Assembly (NCBI RefSeq): GCF_020745735.1
Contig: NW_026867444.1
Span: 186,001 to 250,000, forward strand
DNA: 64,000 nucleotides
Direction of reading: 5' to 3'
DNA from: Hemiscyllium ocellatum
Lineage: Eukaryota
This document shows, one piece after another, positions 63,488 through 64,000 of the stretch. A program made the position numbers and the translations under genes. The stretch's first letter is position 1. Each line of letters begins with the position of its first letter. The notes under the pieces were generated by a model that did no database searches, was not told the origin of the DNA, and saw only the letters and a list, made by a program, of their open reading frames with translations.

Positions 63488-64000
63488 GCACAGCAAGATC
63501 ACAAGCCAAGAAATTCAAATCAACTGTTTAGGAGCCAGAGCCACTGGGAACCCTGTATTGATGAATATGACCGGCAGGATTTTGTTACTCAGAATCACAA
63601 TTCCACAGGGTTTGGGAAATAAATATTCTATAAATTAAACCTGGGTTTTCTTTCCTCCTCCAATGAGATGGAATTGCGCCGTGTCCCTGGAGTCACAATG
63701 AGAATGTTCAGTCCGGGAGAGTCTGGGAATCACGGCTGGGGAGGGAAGTCAATGATAAACTGGTTCCACTTTTTGCTGTCATATTCTGTAGCTCCTGGAC
63801 CATCTCAGTGAGGATCATCCAGGGCTCAGGGTGGATTCCAGAGCAGCTCATTGTCCTGACTGTTGTGTTCCTCAGTCCACATGTGGCTCCAGCAATCTCA
63901 CTCCATGGGTCTAGTATCAATGGGAACCCATGGGGCTGAAATCTTATCCAAACAGACCCTCACACAGTGGGGAGGCTACTCAGAAACCCCTTGGATTCAG

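Overview
Eukaryotic (cartilaginous fish, shark-type) genomic DNA containing an unrearranged immunoglobulin kappa-type (NS4-like) light-chain minicluster embedded in dense retroelement debris (CR1, L2, L1, Penelope-like, tRNA-derived and Deu-type SINEs). Order on the + strand: promoter-L-V(pseudo)-12RSS..23RSS-J (10.9-12.1 kb); an essentially identical second copy (26.1-27.4 kb); intact C exon C1 (36085-36413); two L1 elements, a Penelope-like element, a long CR1 and an isolated CEP350-like terminal exon (52260-52424); a second intact C exon C2 (62326-62654) with no V or J of its own; and a retroviral gag zinc-knuckle fragment. The two V-J copies lie in a 15.3 kb direct duplication (4330-19586 vs 19600-34866) abutting a 13-N gap and may be an assembly overlap rather than two clusters. 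Every repeat listed in 4330-19586 has a counterpart about 15,270 bp downstream. There is no bacterial-type system (no CRISPR, rRNA or true tRNA), and most ORFs in the supplied track are retroelement fragments or noise. The most unusual points are the CEP350 exon inside the Ig locus, the V-J-C-C layout with a dead V but intact J and C exons, a GC-AG J-C intron, a candidate PU.1/IRF enhancer, hammerhead-ribozyme motifs and a foldback at Penelope insertions, and an RT-deleted but otherwise complete L1. Family and gene assignments rest on motif recognition from memory, not database searches; repeat boundaries are approximate.
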